Below, in pieces: positions 35,651 through 43,334 of a DNA stretch of 43,334 nucleotides. The position numbers were made by a program, and so were the translations under genes. Under the pieces are notes generated by a model. The model was not told where the DNA came from. It was given only the letters and a program-made list of their open reading frames with translations, and made no database searches. Origin of the DNA: Nitrospinota bacterium (lineage in GTDB: Bacteria > UBA8248); contig JASLZZ010000016.1 in assembly GCA_030754595.1 (NCBI GenBank), forward strand, positions 1 to 43,334. The letters run 5' to 3'. The stretch's first letter is position 1. Every line of letters begins with the position of its first letter.

Positions 35651-36628
35651 ATGAAGTTTTCCGAAATTGTCGAAAACCTCTCCGCCGATATGGAACAAGT
35701 CGAAGAAGCGATTCAGGACAATTTCCGCTCCGATGTCGTTTTGATTCCGGATGTCAGCGGACATCTCAGCAACTCGGGCGGAAAGCGAGTCCGCCCTCTG
35801 CTGCTCCTGCTCGCCAGCCGGGCCTGCGGCTACGAAGGCCCGCGAGCCATCACCCAGAGCGTCGTCGTCGAATATATTCACACCGCCACACTCCTCCACG
35901 ACGATGTGGTGGACGAGGCCGAGGTGCGGCGGGGAAGCGAGTCCGCCAACTCGAAATGGGGAAACGAGGCGAGCGTTCTGGTTGGGGATTTTCTCTTCGC
36001 CCGGAGTTTTTCGATGATGGCCAAGGACGGCAGCAGCGAAATCCTCCAGACCATGTCCGACACCTGCACCCTTCTCTCGGAGGGCGAGGTGCTCCAGCTC
36101 GTCAATATGTACAACGTGCGGATCACCGAGGAAGAGTATCTCGATGTGATCTATCGAAAGACGGCCGCTCTCATCGCGGCCAGTTGCCGGGTCGGCGCTC
36201 TTCTCGGCGACGCCTCAACGCCAATTCTTAACGCCCTGAGCCAGTTCGGCGTCCAGGTGGGCTATGCCTTCCAACTCGTGGACGATGCGCTCGACTATAT
36301 GGGCGAGGAGAACCGGACGGGCAAGGAGGTCGGCAAGGACCTTCGGGAGGGGAATATCACGATGCCGCTTCTCCGGGTGTGCGCCGAGGCCACGCCGGAG
36401 GAATTCGAGCGGGTCAATCAGCTTGTGACGCATTCGGACGTTATCTCATCCGAGGATTTCGAGATCGTCCTCGAGCTGATGGAGAAATACAAAACAATTC
36501 CCTATACCCTGGACAGGGCGAGGAGCTATGTCGAGGCGGCGAAGTCCGCGCTCTCGGCGCTTCCCGATTCCACCCACGTTGATTCCCTCAGGGCCATCGC
36601 CGATTATGTCGTGGAGCGGGACTATTAA
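35651..36628 (+). CDS. ispB: Polyprenyl diphosphate synthase (octaprenyl-type)
   Basis: GGKRVRP, HTATLLHDDVVD..RRG, LVGDFL, KTA, AFQLVDDALD, GKDL.EG..T.P. GGAGG RBS. Confidence 0.88.
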   Translation: MKFSEIVENLSADMEQVEEAIQDNFRSDVVLIPDVSGHLSNSGGKRVRPLLLLLASRACGYEGPRAITQSVVVEYIHTATLLHDDVVDEAEVRRGSESANSKWGNEASVLVGDFLFARSFSMMAKDGSSEILQTMSDTCTLLSEGEVLQLVNMYNVRITEEEYLDVIYRKTAALIAASCRVGALLGDASTPILNALSQFGVQVGYAFQLVDDALDYMGEENRTGKEVGKDLREGNITMPLLRVCAEATPEEFERVNQLVTHSDVISSEDFEIVLELMEKYKTIPYTLDRARSYVEAAKSALSALPDSTHVDSLRAIADYVVERDY

Positions 36629-36674
36629 CCCCGCGCCCTGATTTCCCCCCCTTCTTTCAAATTCGTCACCTGGA

Positions 36675-37280
36675 ATGGAAATGATCGATTTGAGGCGTCC
36701 GCTGGTGCTGGCGTCGGCCTCGCCGCGCCGCAAGGAACTGCTCGAGAGCACGGGGCTCGTTTTCGAGGTGTTGGCGCCACCACCCGCCGAGGAGGAGGGC
36801 GTCGATCCCTCGCTACCGCCTGTCGAGAGTGCGCGCGCGAGCGCGCTGGCCAAGGCCTCTTGGGCGGCCGGTAGGCGGCCGGATGCGGCGGTGCTGGGGG
36901 CGGACACCGTGGTGGTCCTGGACGGTGAAGTTCTGGGAAAACCGGCCGATGCCGCCGGGGCCCGGCGGATGCTCGCCCGCCTCTCGGGGCGCGGGCACCA
37001 GGTGCTCACCGCCTTCTCGGTGTTCGTGGACGGCGCCGCCCGCACTCGCGTCGTCGAAACCGAGGTGAGCTTCCGTTCGTTGGACGAGGCGGTCATCGGG
37101 CGTTATGTTGACAGCGGAGAACCCATGGACAAGGCGGGCGCCTATGCGATTCAGGGCGCCGGGGGCGGATTCGTGGACCGGGTGGCCGGGAGCTATACGA
37201 ACGTCGTCGGACTGCCGTTGCCCGAGGTGCTTGCGGGGTTGGCCGAATGCGGCGTGCTGGCCGTGCCCGGTGGTGATTGA
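36675..37280 (+). CDS. maf: Maf-family nucleoside triphosphate pyrophosphatase (YhdE-type)
   Basis: LASASPRRKELL, GADTVV, GKP, DKAGAYAIQG, NVVGLP. Confidence 0.93.
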   Translation: MEMIDLRRPLVLASASPRRKELLESTGLVFEVLAPPPAEEEGVDPSLPPVESARASALAKASWAAGRRPDAAVLGADTVVVLDGEVLGKPADAAGARRMLARLSGRGHQVLTAFSVFVDGAARTRVVETEVSFRSLDEAVIGRYVDSGEPMDKAGAYAIQGAGGGFVDRVAGSYTNVVGLPLPEVLAGLAECGVLAVPGGD

Positions 37281-37320
37281 TCGCTGACGAATGACCGGAA
37301 ACGATTAAGAGGAGAGGACC

Positions 37321-38490
37321 ATGCGTTTTGCCGAGCGGATGAATTTGCTCAAGACGGAGAGTTCATTCGTCGTTCTGGCCAAGGCCAAGGGCCTCGAGCG
37401 CCAGGGGCGCGATATCGTTCATTTTGAAATCGGCGACACCGACTTCGACACCCCTTCGAATATTGTCGAAGAGGCCTACGCCCAACTCAAGGCCGGGCAG
37501 ACCCATTATTGCCCCTCGGCCGGGGTGCTCGAATTGCAGGAGGCCTGCTGCGAGTTTTTCAGGCGGATGGGCCGGGGCGAGTACACGCCCGATGAAATCG
37601 TCGTCGGCGCGGGAGGCAAACCCTTTCTCTACTACACGATCATGGCGTTCGCCGGCCCCGGCGATGAGGTGATTTATCCCGATCCGGGGTTTCCGGTGTA
37701 TGAGTCCGTCGTCCTCTACGCGGGGGCGAAGGCGGTCCCGCTTCCCATTCTCGAGGAAAAAAACTTCCGTTTCTCGGCCGACGATCTCCGCGAGCGGGTC
37801 ACCGAACGTACCCGGCTGCTGATCCTGAACTACCCGCACAACCCGACGGGCGGAACGCTGACGCGGAGCGAGCTCGGGGCCATCGCCGGGATTGCGATCG
37901 AAAACGATCTCGTCGTCCTCTCCGACGAGGTTTACGCCCATATGCTCTTCGAGGGAGAGCATGTTTCCATCGGCACGCTTCCCGGGATGCGCGAGCGGAC
38001 GATCATGCTCGAGACGTTCTCGAAGACCTACGCCATGACGGGCTGGCGGCTGGGCTTTGTGGCGGCGCCCGCCGAGATCGCCGAGAAGCTCACCCAGCTT
38101 ATCACGAACTCGGTGAGCTGCGTTCCGCCGTTCATCCAACTGGCGGGGGCGAAGGCCATCACGGGCGATCAGTCCGAGAGCCGGGCGATGATGGAAGACT
38201 TCAAGCGCCGCCGCGATTTCTTCGTCTCGGGTCTGAACGAGATCCCGGGAATTTCCTGCAAATCGCCGGACGGCGCTTTCTACGCCTTCCCCAACGTGAG
38301 CGAGGTGGACATGAACGCCGAGGATCTGGCGGATTATCTGCTCGACTCGGCGGGTGTGGCGGCGCTCCCGGGCTCGGCCTTCGGATCCCACGCCGCCCGG
38401 CACCTTCGGATGTGTTTCGCCAACAACATGGAGGACCTCGAAAAAGGGCTCGATCGCATCGCGGGCGCCCTGGCCAAGCTGAGGAAATGA
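37321..38490 (+). CDS. PLP-dependent aminotransferase class I/II (aspartate aminotransferase-like)
   Basis: IGDTDF.TP, PHNPTG, SDEVY, FSKTYAMTGWRLG, GAFYAFP, PGSAFG. Confidence 0.92.
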   Translation: MRFAERMNLLKTESSFVVLAKAKGLERQGRDIVHFEIGDTDFDTPSNIVEEAYAQLKAGQTHYCPSAGVLELQEACCEFFRRMGRGEYTPDEIVVGAGGKPFLYYTIMAFAGPGDEVIYPDPGFPVYESVVLYAGAKAVPLPILEEKNFRFSADDLRERVTERTRLLILNYPHNPTGGTLTRSELGAIAGIAIENDLVVLSDEVYAHMLFEGEHVSIGTLPGMRERTIMLETFSKTYAMTGWRLGFVAAPAEIAEKLTQLITNSVSCVPPFIQLAGAKAITGDQSESRAMMEDFKRRRDFFVSGLNEIPGISCKSPDGAFYAFPNVSEVDMNAEDLADYLLDSAGVAALPGSAFGSHAARHLRMCFANNMEDLEKGLDRIAGALAKLRK

Positions 38491-39494
38491 GTCCGCCCGC
38501 GAGGAAAAAGCTCCCGCGCGTGTTTCTCTCCCGGCGGTTCCGGCCGGGCAACTTCGACAAGCTGAGGGTTTTCACCGATCTCAAGGTCCACCGGGGGGAT
38601 TCCGCGCCTTCTCCGACAGCATACCGGCGCGCGGTGAAGGAGGCGCAGGTTGTTATCCCGATGGTGGAGGACCCAATCGACGAAGCATTCATGGACGCCG
38701 CCCCCGGACTTCGGCTGGTGGCGAACTTCGGGGTGGGGTTCGACAATATCGATCTCGGGGCGGCGGCCGTGCGGGGAATCCTGGCCACCAACACGCCGGG
38801 CGCGGTGGTGGGGCCGACGGCCGAGTCGGCGATGGCCCTGCTCCTCGCCGTCTGCCGGCGGATTCCCGAGGCCGACGCTTTTGTGCGCTCGGGCGGGTGG
38901 GAGAAGTGGACGCCCTATCTCCTCGAGGGAAGAAGCCTGGCGGGCCGGACGCTGGGTATCGCCGGGCTGGGCGGTATCGGCTCGGCCGTAGCGCGGATGG
39001 CGGGCGGGTTCGGAATGGGGGTTCGATACTGGAGCCGGAGTAAAAGAAGCCCCGAAGAGGAGTCGGCGCTCGGCCTGCGCTATCTCTCGCTGAACCGCCT
39101 TCTTTCGGAGTCGGATTTCGTTTCGCTCCACGTCGCTCTGAGTGAGGAGACGCGCCACTTGATCGGCGAGGCCGAGATCGCCCGAATGAAAAAAGGAGCG
39201 ATTCTCATCAACACGGCCCGCGGGGCGGTGGTGGACGAGCGGGCGCTTGTGCGCGCCCTGCGCTCGGGCCATCTGGGCGGGGCCGGGCTTGACGTCTATG
39301 AGCGCGAGCCGATTCGAGAATCCCCCCTGTTCGGGATGAAAAACGTGGTGATGCTCCCCCATATCGGCTCCTCGACCGACAAGGGACTGGGCGACATGGC
39401 GGATCGGGTGGTGTTGAATATCCGGGAGTTTACAGCGGGGCGGCGGCCGCCGGATCTGCTGAACCCCGAGACGTGGCCCCTGAGGCGGCGGTGA
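38487..39494 (+). CDS. D-glycerate dehydrogenase / glyoxylate reductase (2-hydroxyacid dehydrogenase)
   Basis: GVGFDNID, TNTPG, GIAGLGGIG, INTARG.VVDE, AGLDVYE.EP, LPHIGS. ATGA overlap with the upstream gene. Confidence 0.9.
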   Translation: MSPPARKKLPRVFLSRRFRPGNFDKLRVFTDLKVHRGDSAPSPTAYRRAVKEAQVVIPMVEDPIDEAFMDAAPGLRLVANFGVGFDNIDLGAAAVRGILATNTPGAVVGPTAESAMALLLAVCRRIPEADAFVRSGGWEKWTPYLLEGRSLAGRTLGIAGLGGIGSAVARMAGGFGMGVRYWSRSKRSPEEESALGLRYLSLNRLLSESDFVSLHVALSEETRHLIGEAEIARMKKGAILINTARGAVVDERALVRALRSGHLGGAGLDVYEREPIRESPLFGMKNVVMLPHIGSSTDKGLGDMADRVVLNIREFTAGRRPPDLLNPETWPLRRR

Positions 39495-39524
39495 TCTAGG
39501 TGCGTCGGTGATTCAGGAGAAGCG

Positions 39525-41555
39525 ATGGCTTTGAAGGGGAAAAGCAGCGCGAGCGCCGTCCGCATCGGCGTGGACACGGGCGGGACGTTCACCGATTTCA
39601 TTCTCGTCCGGGGCGGGCGGGTGCGTGTGCACAAGGTGCCCTCCACCCCGGAGGACCCCGCCCGCGCGATTCTTCAGGGGCTCTCCGATCTGGCTGAGGG
39701 GGAGGACATCCCCGGGATCGACCTGACCCACGGCTCCACCGTTGCGACGAACGCCCTCCTCACCCGGATAGGGGCGAGGACGGCGCTGATCACGACCGAG
39801 GGTTTTGAGGACGTGATCGAGATCGGCCGCCAGAACCGGAAAACCCTCTACGACCTCGCCTACCACCGCCCGGCCCCCCTCGTTCCGAGGCGGCTCCGGT
39901 TCGGGGTGAGCGAGCGCCTCGACGAGCGCGGGCGGGTGGTCTCATCCTTGAGGCGGCGCGACCTCGAATCCATCGCCGAAAAAATTAAAAAGGCGGGCGC
40001 CGAATCCGCCGCCATCTGTTTTCTTCACGCCTACGCCAACCCGGTGCACGAGGAGCGGGTGGCCGAGACGATTCGCGGCGCGGGCATCCCGGTCTCGGTT
40101 TCGAGCAGCGTTCTTCCCGAGTACCGCGAGTACGAGCGGACGAGCACGACCTGCGTAAACGCCTACGTCTCGCCCATGATGAGCCGCTACCTAGGCGATC
40201 TGGAGCGACAGATGGGCCCGGGACGGCTGCGCGTCATGCAGAGCAACGGCGGGGTCATCTCGGCCGGGGTGGCCGCGCGCGAGGCCGTTCGGACGATCCT
40301 TTCGGGTCCGGCGGGCGGCGTCGTGGGCGGCCGCGAGGCGGCGCGGGGGGCGGGTTATGAAAACGCCATCACATTCGACATGGGGGGGACGAGCACCGAC
40401 GTCTCCCTCCTTAGCGGCGCGATAGGCTTTACCTCTGAGACCGAGGTGGCCGGGTGTCCCATCCGCGTCCCGGTGATCGACATCCACACCGTCGGGGCGG
40501 GAGGCGGCTCCATCGCCCGGCGCGACCCCGGGGGGGCGCTCGCCGTGGGGCCCGAGAGCGCGGGCGCCGACCCGGGTCCCATCTGCTACGGCAAGGGCCG
40601 CGAGGTCACCGTCACGGACGCGAACCTGTTTTTGGGCCGCCTCGACCCGGAGCGTTTCCTCGGCGGGCGGATGCGCCTCGACGCCGCCGCTGCCGGTAGA
40701 GGGATCTCGAGGCTCGCCCGCTCGCTCGGCCTCTCGCCGGCGGAGGCCGCCGAGGGCGTGATTCGGATCGCGGATCAGCACGTGGCCGGGGCCATCCGGA
40801 TCATCTCGGTCGAGCGGGGCCACGATCCCCGCGAGTTCGCCCTCGTCTCCTTCGGCGGGGCGGGCGGGATGCACGCGGTCTCACTGGCGCGGGTTCTGAA
40901 TATTCCCACCGTAGTCGTCCCGAATAATCCGGGAATCCTCTCGGCGCGGGGGATGCTGACGGCCGACGTGGCCAAGGACTATTCGCGGACGGTTCTCCTG
41001 CCCGCCGAGGCGGCGGACAAGCGGTCGCTTGACCGCCATTTCGCAGCGATGCGCCGGGAGGCGGAGCGCGAAATGCGGGCCGAGGGTTTCCCCCGGCCCC
41101 GGTTCGAGCGCTATGCCGACATGCGGTATCTCGGTCAGTCCTATGAGCTGAGGATTCCGGTCTCGGCCGGCGCCGCTGGAACGCCCGCCCGGCTGAGAGC
41201 GGCTTTCGACCGGGCCCACCAGGAACGCTTCGGCATTTCGAACGCGGAGCGCCCGGCCGAGTTCGTCACCCTCAGGCTCAGGGCCTCGGGCCGGGTCCGG
41301 AAGCCGGCGGCGGACCGGGCGGCGGGCGGCGGGCGGTCCGCCTCGCGGGCGCTCGCCGGGCGGCGTGAGATGATATTCGAAGGAAAGAAAACAAAGGGGC
41401 GGGTCTACGAGCGCGAGCTTCTCCGGGCGGGCGACCGCTTCCGGGGGCCGGCGGTCGTGACCGAACTCAGCGCGACCACCGTTGTGCCCCCCGGCGCGGT
41501 CTGCCGGGTGGACGGGCGGGGGAACCTGGTGATGGAAGTCGCGGGCGGAGGTTAA
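39525..41555 (+). CDS. Hydantoinase/oxoprolinase A subunit (ATP-dependent)
   Basis: GVDTGGTFTD, HGSTVATNA, REYER.STT..NAY, SGPAGG, DMGGTSTD, GAGGGS, PESAGADPGP, FGGAG.MH, RYLGQSYEL. Confidence 0.93.
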   Translation: MALKGKSSASAVRIGVDTGGTFTDFILVRGGRVRVHKVPSTPEDPARAILQGLSDLAEGEDIPGIDLTHGSTVATNALLTRIGARTALITTEGFEDVIEIGRQNRKTLYDLAYHRPAPLVPRRLRFGVSERLDERGRVVSSLRRRDLESIAEKIKKAGAESAAICFLHAYANPVHEERVAETIRGAGIPVSVSSSVLPEYREYERTSTTCVNAYVSPMMSRYLGDLERQMGPGRLRVMQSNGGVISAGVAAREAVRTILSGPAGGVVGGREAARGAGYENAITFDMGGTSTDVSLLSGAIGFTSETEVAGCPIRVPVIDIHTVGAGGGSIARRDPGGALAVGPESAGADPGPICYGKGREVTVTDANLFLGRLDPERFLGGRMRLDAAAAGRGISRLARSLGLSPAEAAEGVIRIADQHVAGAIRIISVERGHDPREFALVSFGGAGGMHAVSLARVLNIPTVVVPNNPGILSARGMLTADVAKDYSRTVLLPAEAADKRSLDRHFAAMRREAEREMRAEGFPRPRFERYADMRYLGQSYELRIPVSAGAAGTPARLRAAFDRAHQERFGISNAERPAEFVTLRLRASGRVRKPAADRAAGGGRSASRALAGRREMIFEGKKTKGRVYERELLRAGDRFRGPAVVTELSATTVVPPGAVCRVDGRGNLVMEVAGGG

Positions 41556-41557
41556 CA

Positions 41558-43171
41558 ATGAAACGGGCGAAAAAATACGATCCCATCCTTCTTGAGGTTT
41601 TCCGCAACCTGTTTTTCGCGGCCTCGGAGGAGATGGGCGTCGCGCTGTGCCTCTCTTCGTTTTCGCCGAACATCAAGGAGCGGCGGGATTACTCCTGCGC
41701 CATCTTCGACGCGGAGGGCCGGATGGCCGCCCAGGCGGCGCACCTTCCCGCCCATCTGGGATCGATGCCCATGTCGGTGGAGTACGTGATCGAAACGATG
41801 ACGCTCGCGCCGGGCGATGTGGTGGCGCTGAACGATCCCTTTCACGGCGGGAACCACTTGCCCGACATCACGATGATCTCGCCGATCTTCGCGCCGGGGC
41901 GAAAAAAGCAACTCATCTACTATGCGGCCAACCGGGCCCACCACTCCGACGTGGGCGGCACCGCGCCCGGCTCGATGAGCATCACGACCGAAATTTTCCA
42001 GGACGGCGTGGTGATACCGCCCGTGCGCATCGTGCGGGGCGGAAAGCTCGACGAGGATGTCCTTGGGCTGATCCTCGCCAACGTGCGCACCCCCGTGGAG
42101 CGTGAAGGAGACATCGCCGCCCAGATCGCGGCCAACCGGGTCGGGGAGCGGCGGGTGCTCGAGATCGTCGGGCGCCACGGACTCTCCCGGACGCGCCGCT
42201 ACACCCTCGAGCTTCAGGACTACGCCGAGCGGATGACCCGAGCGGCGATCCGGAGCATCCCGAACGGGGTTTACCGGTTCGAGGACGCGATGGAGGACGA
42301 TGGCTTCGGGAGCGGTCCGGTTCCGATCCGGGTGAAGCTGACGGTGAAGGCCGACCGCCTGCGGGTGGATTTCACGGGCTCCGCCCCCCAGACGCGGGGC
42401 AGCGTGAACGCGGTGGAGAGCATCGCCCGGACGGCGGCCTACTACGCGGTCCGGTGTCTCGTTCCCTACGACATCCCGAACAACGTGGGCTGCATGGACC
42501 CGATCGAGGTGATCGCGCCCGAGGGCACCGTGGTGAACAGTGTATTTCCGGCGGCGGTGGCGGGAGGAAACGTCGAGACGAGCCAGCGGATGGTGGACGC
42601 CGTGCTGGGGGCGCTGGCCAAGGCGTGCCCCGAAAAAGTTCCTGCGGCTTCCTGTGGCTCGATGAACAATCTTTCCATCGGCGGGATCGACCCCCGGCCC
42701 GGCCCCCGGCGGGGCAAACCCTTCGCCTACTACGAGACGACCGGCGGGGGGATGGGCGGAGGCCCGGCGGGCCCCGGCGAGGACGCCATCCATACCCACC
42801 TGACGAACACGATGAATACACCGATCGAGGCGCTCGAGCATGCCTACCCCTACCGGGTGCGACGCTACGGGGTGCGCCGGGGCAGCGGCGGCCGGGGCCG
42901 CCACCGGGGCGGGGACGGAATCGTGCGCGAAATCGAGGTGATGGTGGACGCGACGGTTTCGTTCATGACCGAGCGGCGGGAGATGGCCCCCTACCCGCTC
43001 GCGGGGGGAATGCCGGGCAAAAAAGGCCGAAACGCCATCCTCCGGGGAAAAGAGAAAATTCCCGTCCCCGGCAAGGCGCGGCTCGAGACCAGGGCGGGAG
43101 ATGTAGTCTCGCTCGAGACGCCTGGCGGCGGAGGATGGGGCCGGTCCGCCCGCAAGCGCGGGAAGGGCTGA
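41558..43171 (+). CDS. Hydantoinase B/oxoprolinase subunit
   Basis: EEMG...SPNIKERRDYSCA, NDPFHGGNHLPD, HHSDVGG..PGSM, GGNVETSQR, NTPIEALE, TPGGGGWG. Confidence 0.93.
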   Translation: MKRAKKYDPILLEVFRNLFFAASEEMGVALCLSSFSPNIKERRDYSCAIFDAEGRMAAQAAHLPAHLGSMPMSVEYVIETMTLAPGDVVALNDPFHGGNHLPDITMISPIFAPGRKKQLIYYAANRAHHSDVGGTAPGSMSITTEIFQDGVVIPPVRIVRGGKLDEDVLGLILANVRTPVEREGDIAAQIAANRVGERRVLEIVGRHGLSRTRRYTLELQDYAERMTRAAIRSIPNGVYRFEDAMEDDGFGSGPVPIRVKLTVKADRLRVDFTGSAPQTRGSVNAVESIARTAAYYAVRCLVPYDIPNNVGCMDPIEVIAPEGTVVNSVFPAAVAGGNVETSQRMVDAVLGALAKACPEKVPAASCGSMNNLSIGGIDPRPGPRRGKPFAYYETTGGGMGGGPAGPGEDAIHTHLTNTMNTPIEALEHAYPYRVRRYGVRRGSGGRGRHRGGDGIVREIEVMVDATVSFMTERREMAPYPLAGGMPGKKGRNAILRGKEKIPVPGKARLETRAGDVVSLETPGGGGWGRSARKRGKG

Positions 43172-43334
43172 GCCGAGGCTAGTAGGTAAAACCGGAATTA
43201 TGCGGCAACGCTCTCCTTTTCGCAAAATACGGCCTTATTTTCCCTGTCGGCGGTACTTCCCGCCGAGAAGTCCAAAAAGTCCACAAAAAGATACCCTCCT
43301 GGGCACCTCTTCCATCCAGATCCACCGTAAATAA

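Noticed and set aside
725..43225. Many long antisense or alternate-frame ORFs (e.g. 725-2008, 22218-23402, 30253-31875, 41552-43225)
   Set aside because: Shadow ORFs typical of high-GC coding DNA. They overlap well-supported genes and show no family motifs.

Overview
GC-rich bacterial chromosomal segment, visibly about 60-65% GC. It holds housekeeping genes (bioB, selD, thiI, an ispB-like polyprenyl synthase, maf, a class I/II aminotransferase) among many catabolic oxidoreductases: a YdiJ-like FAD/Fe-S oxidoreductase, an LLM monooxygenase, 2 SDRs, 3 D-2-hydroxyacid dehydrogenases, 3 aldo/keto reductases, an acyl-CoA dehydrogenase/MaoC/CoA-transferase cluster and a hydantoinase/oxoprolinase A/B pair. 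No rRNA, tRNA, CRISPR array, transposase or integrase was recognised. The ORF track misses or mis-splits several things. (1) selD is a selenoprotein, with an in-frame UGA at 24570 (UGSK motif) and a SECIS-like hairpin. (2) At least nine accessory genes are broken by frameshifts, premature stops or truncation (WbqC, CMD-like, comM, FGE/SUMF1, PilZ, pentapeptide, DUF1330, FG-GAP, cyclophilin-like) while core genes are intact. (3) There is a 45-aa XRE HTH ORF beside comM. (4) A multi-stem non-coding element at 18-289 is a candidate structured RNA. Other oddities are a B12-radical SAM enzyme with a DUF2229-like tail, a racemase/M24 pair lacking canonical catalytic residues, tandem AKRs with single-Arg Tat-like leaders, and an FG-GAP/coiled-coil surface protein. 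Family assignments come from motif recognition by eye, not database searches.
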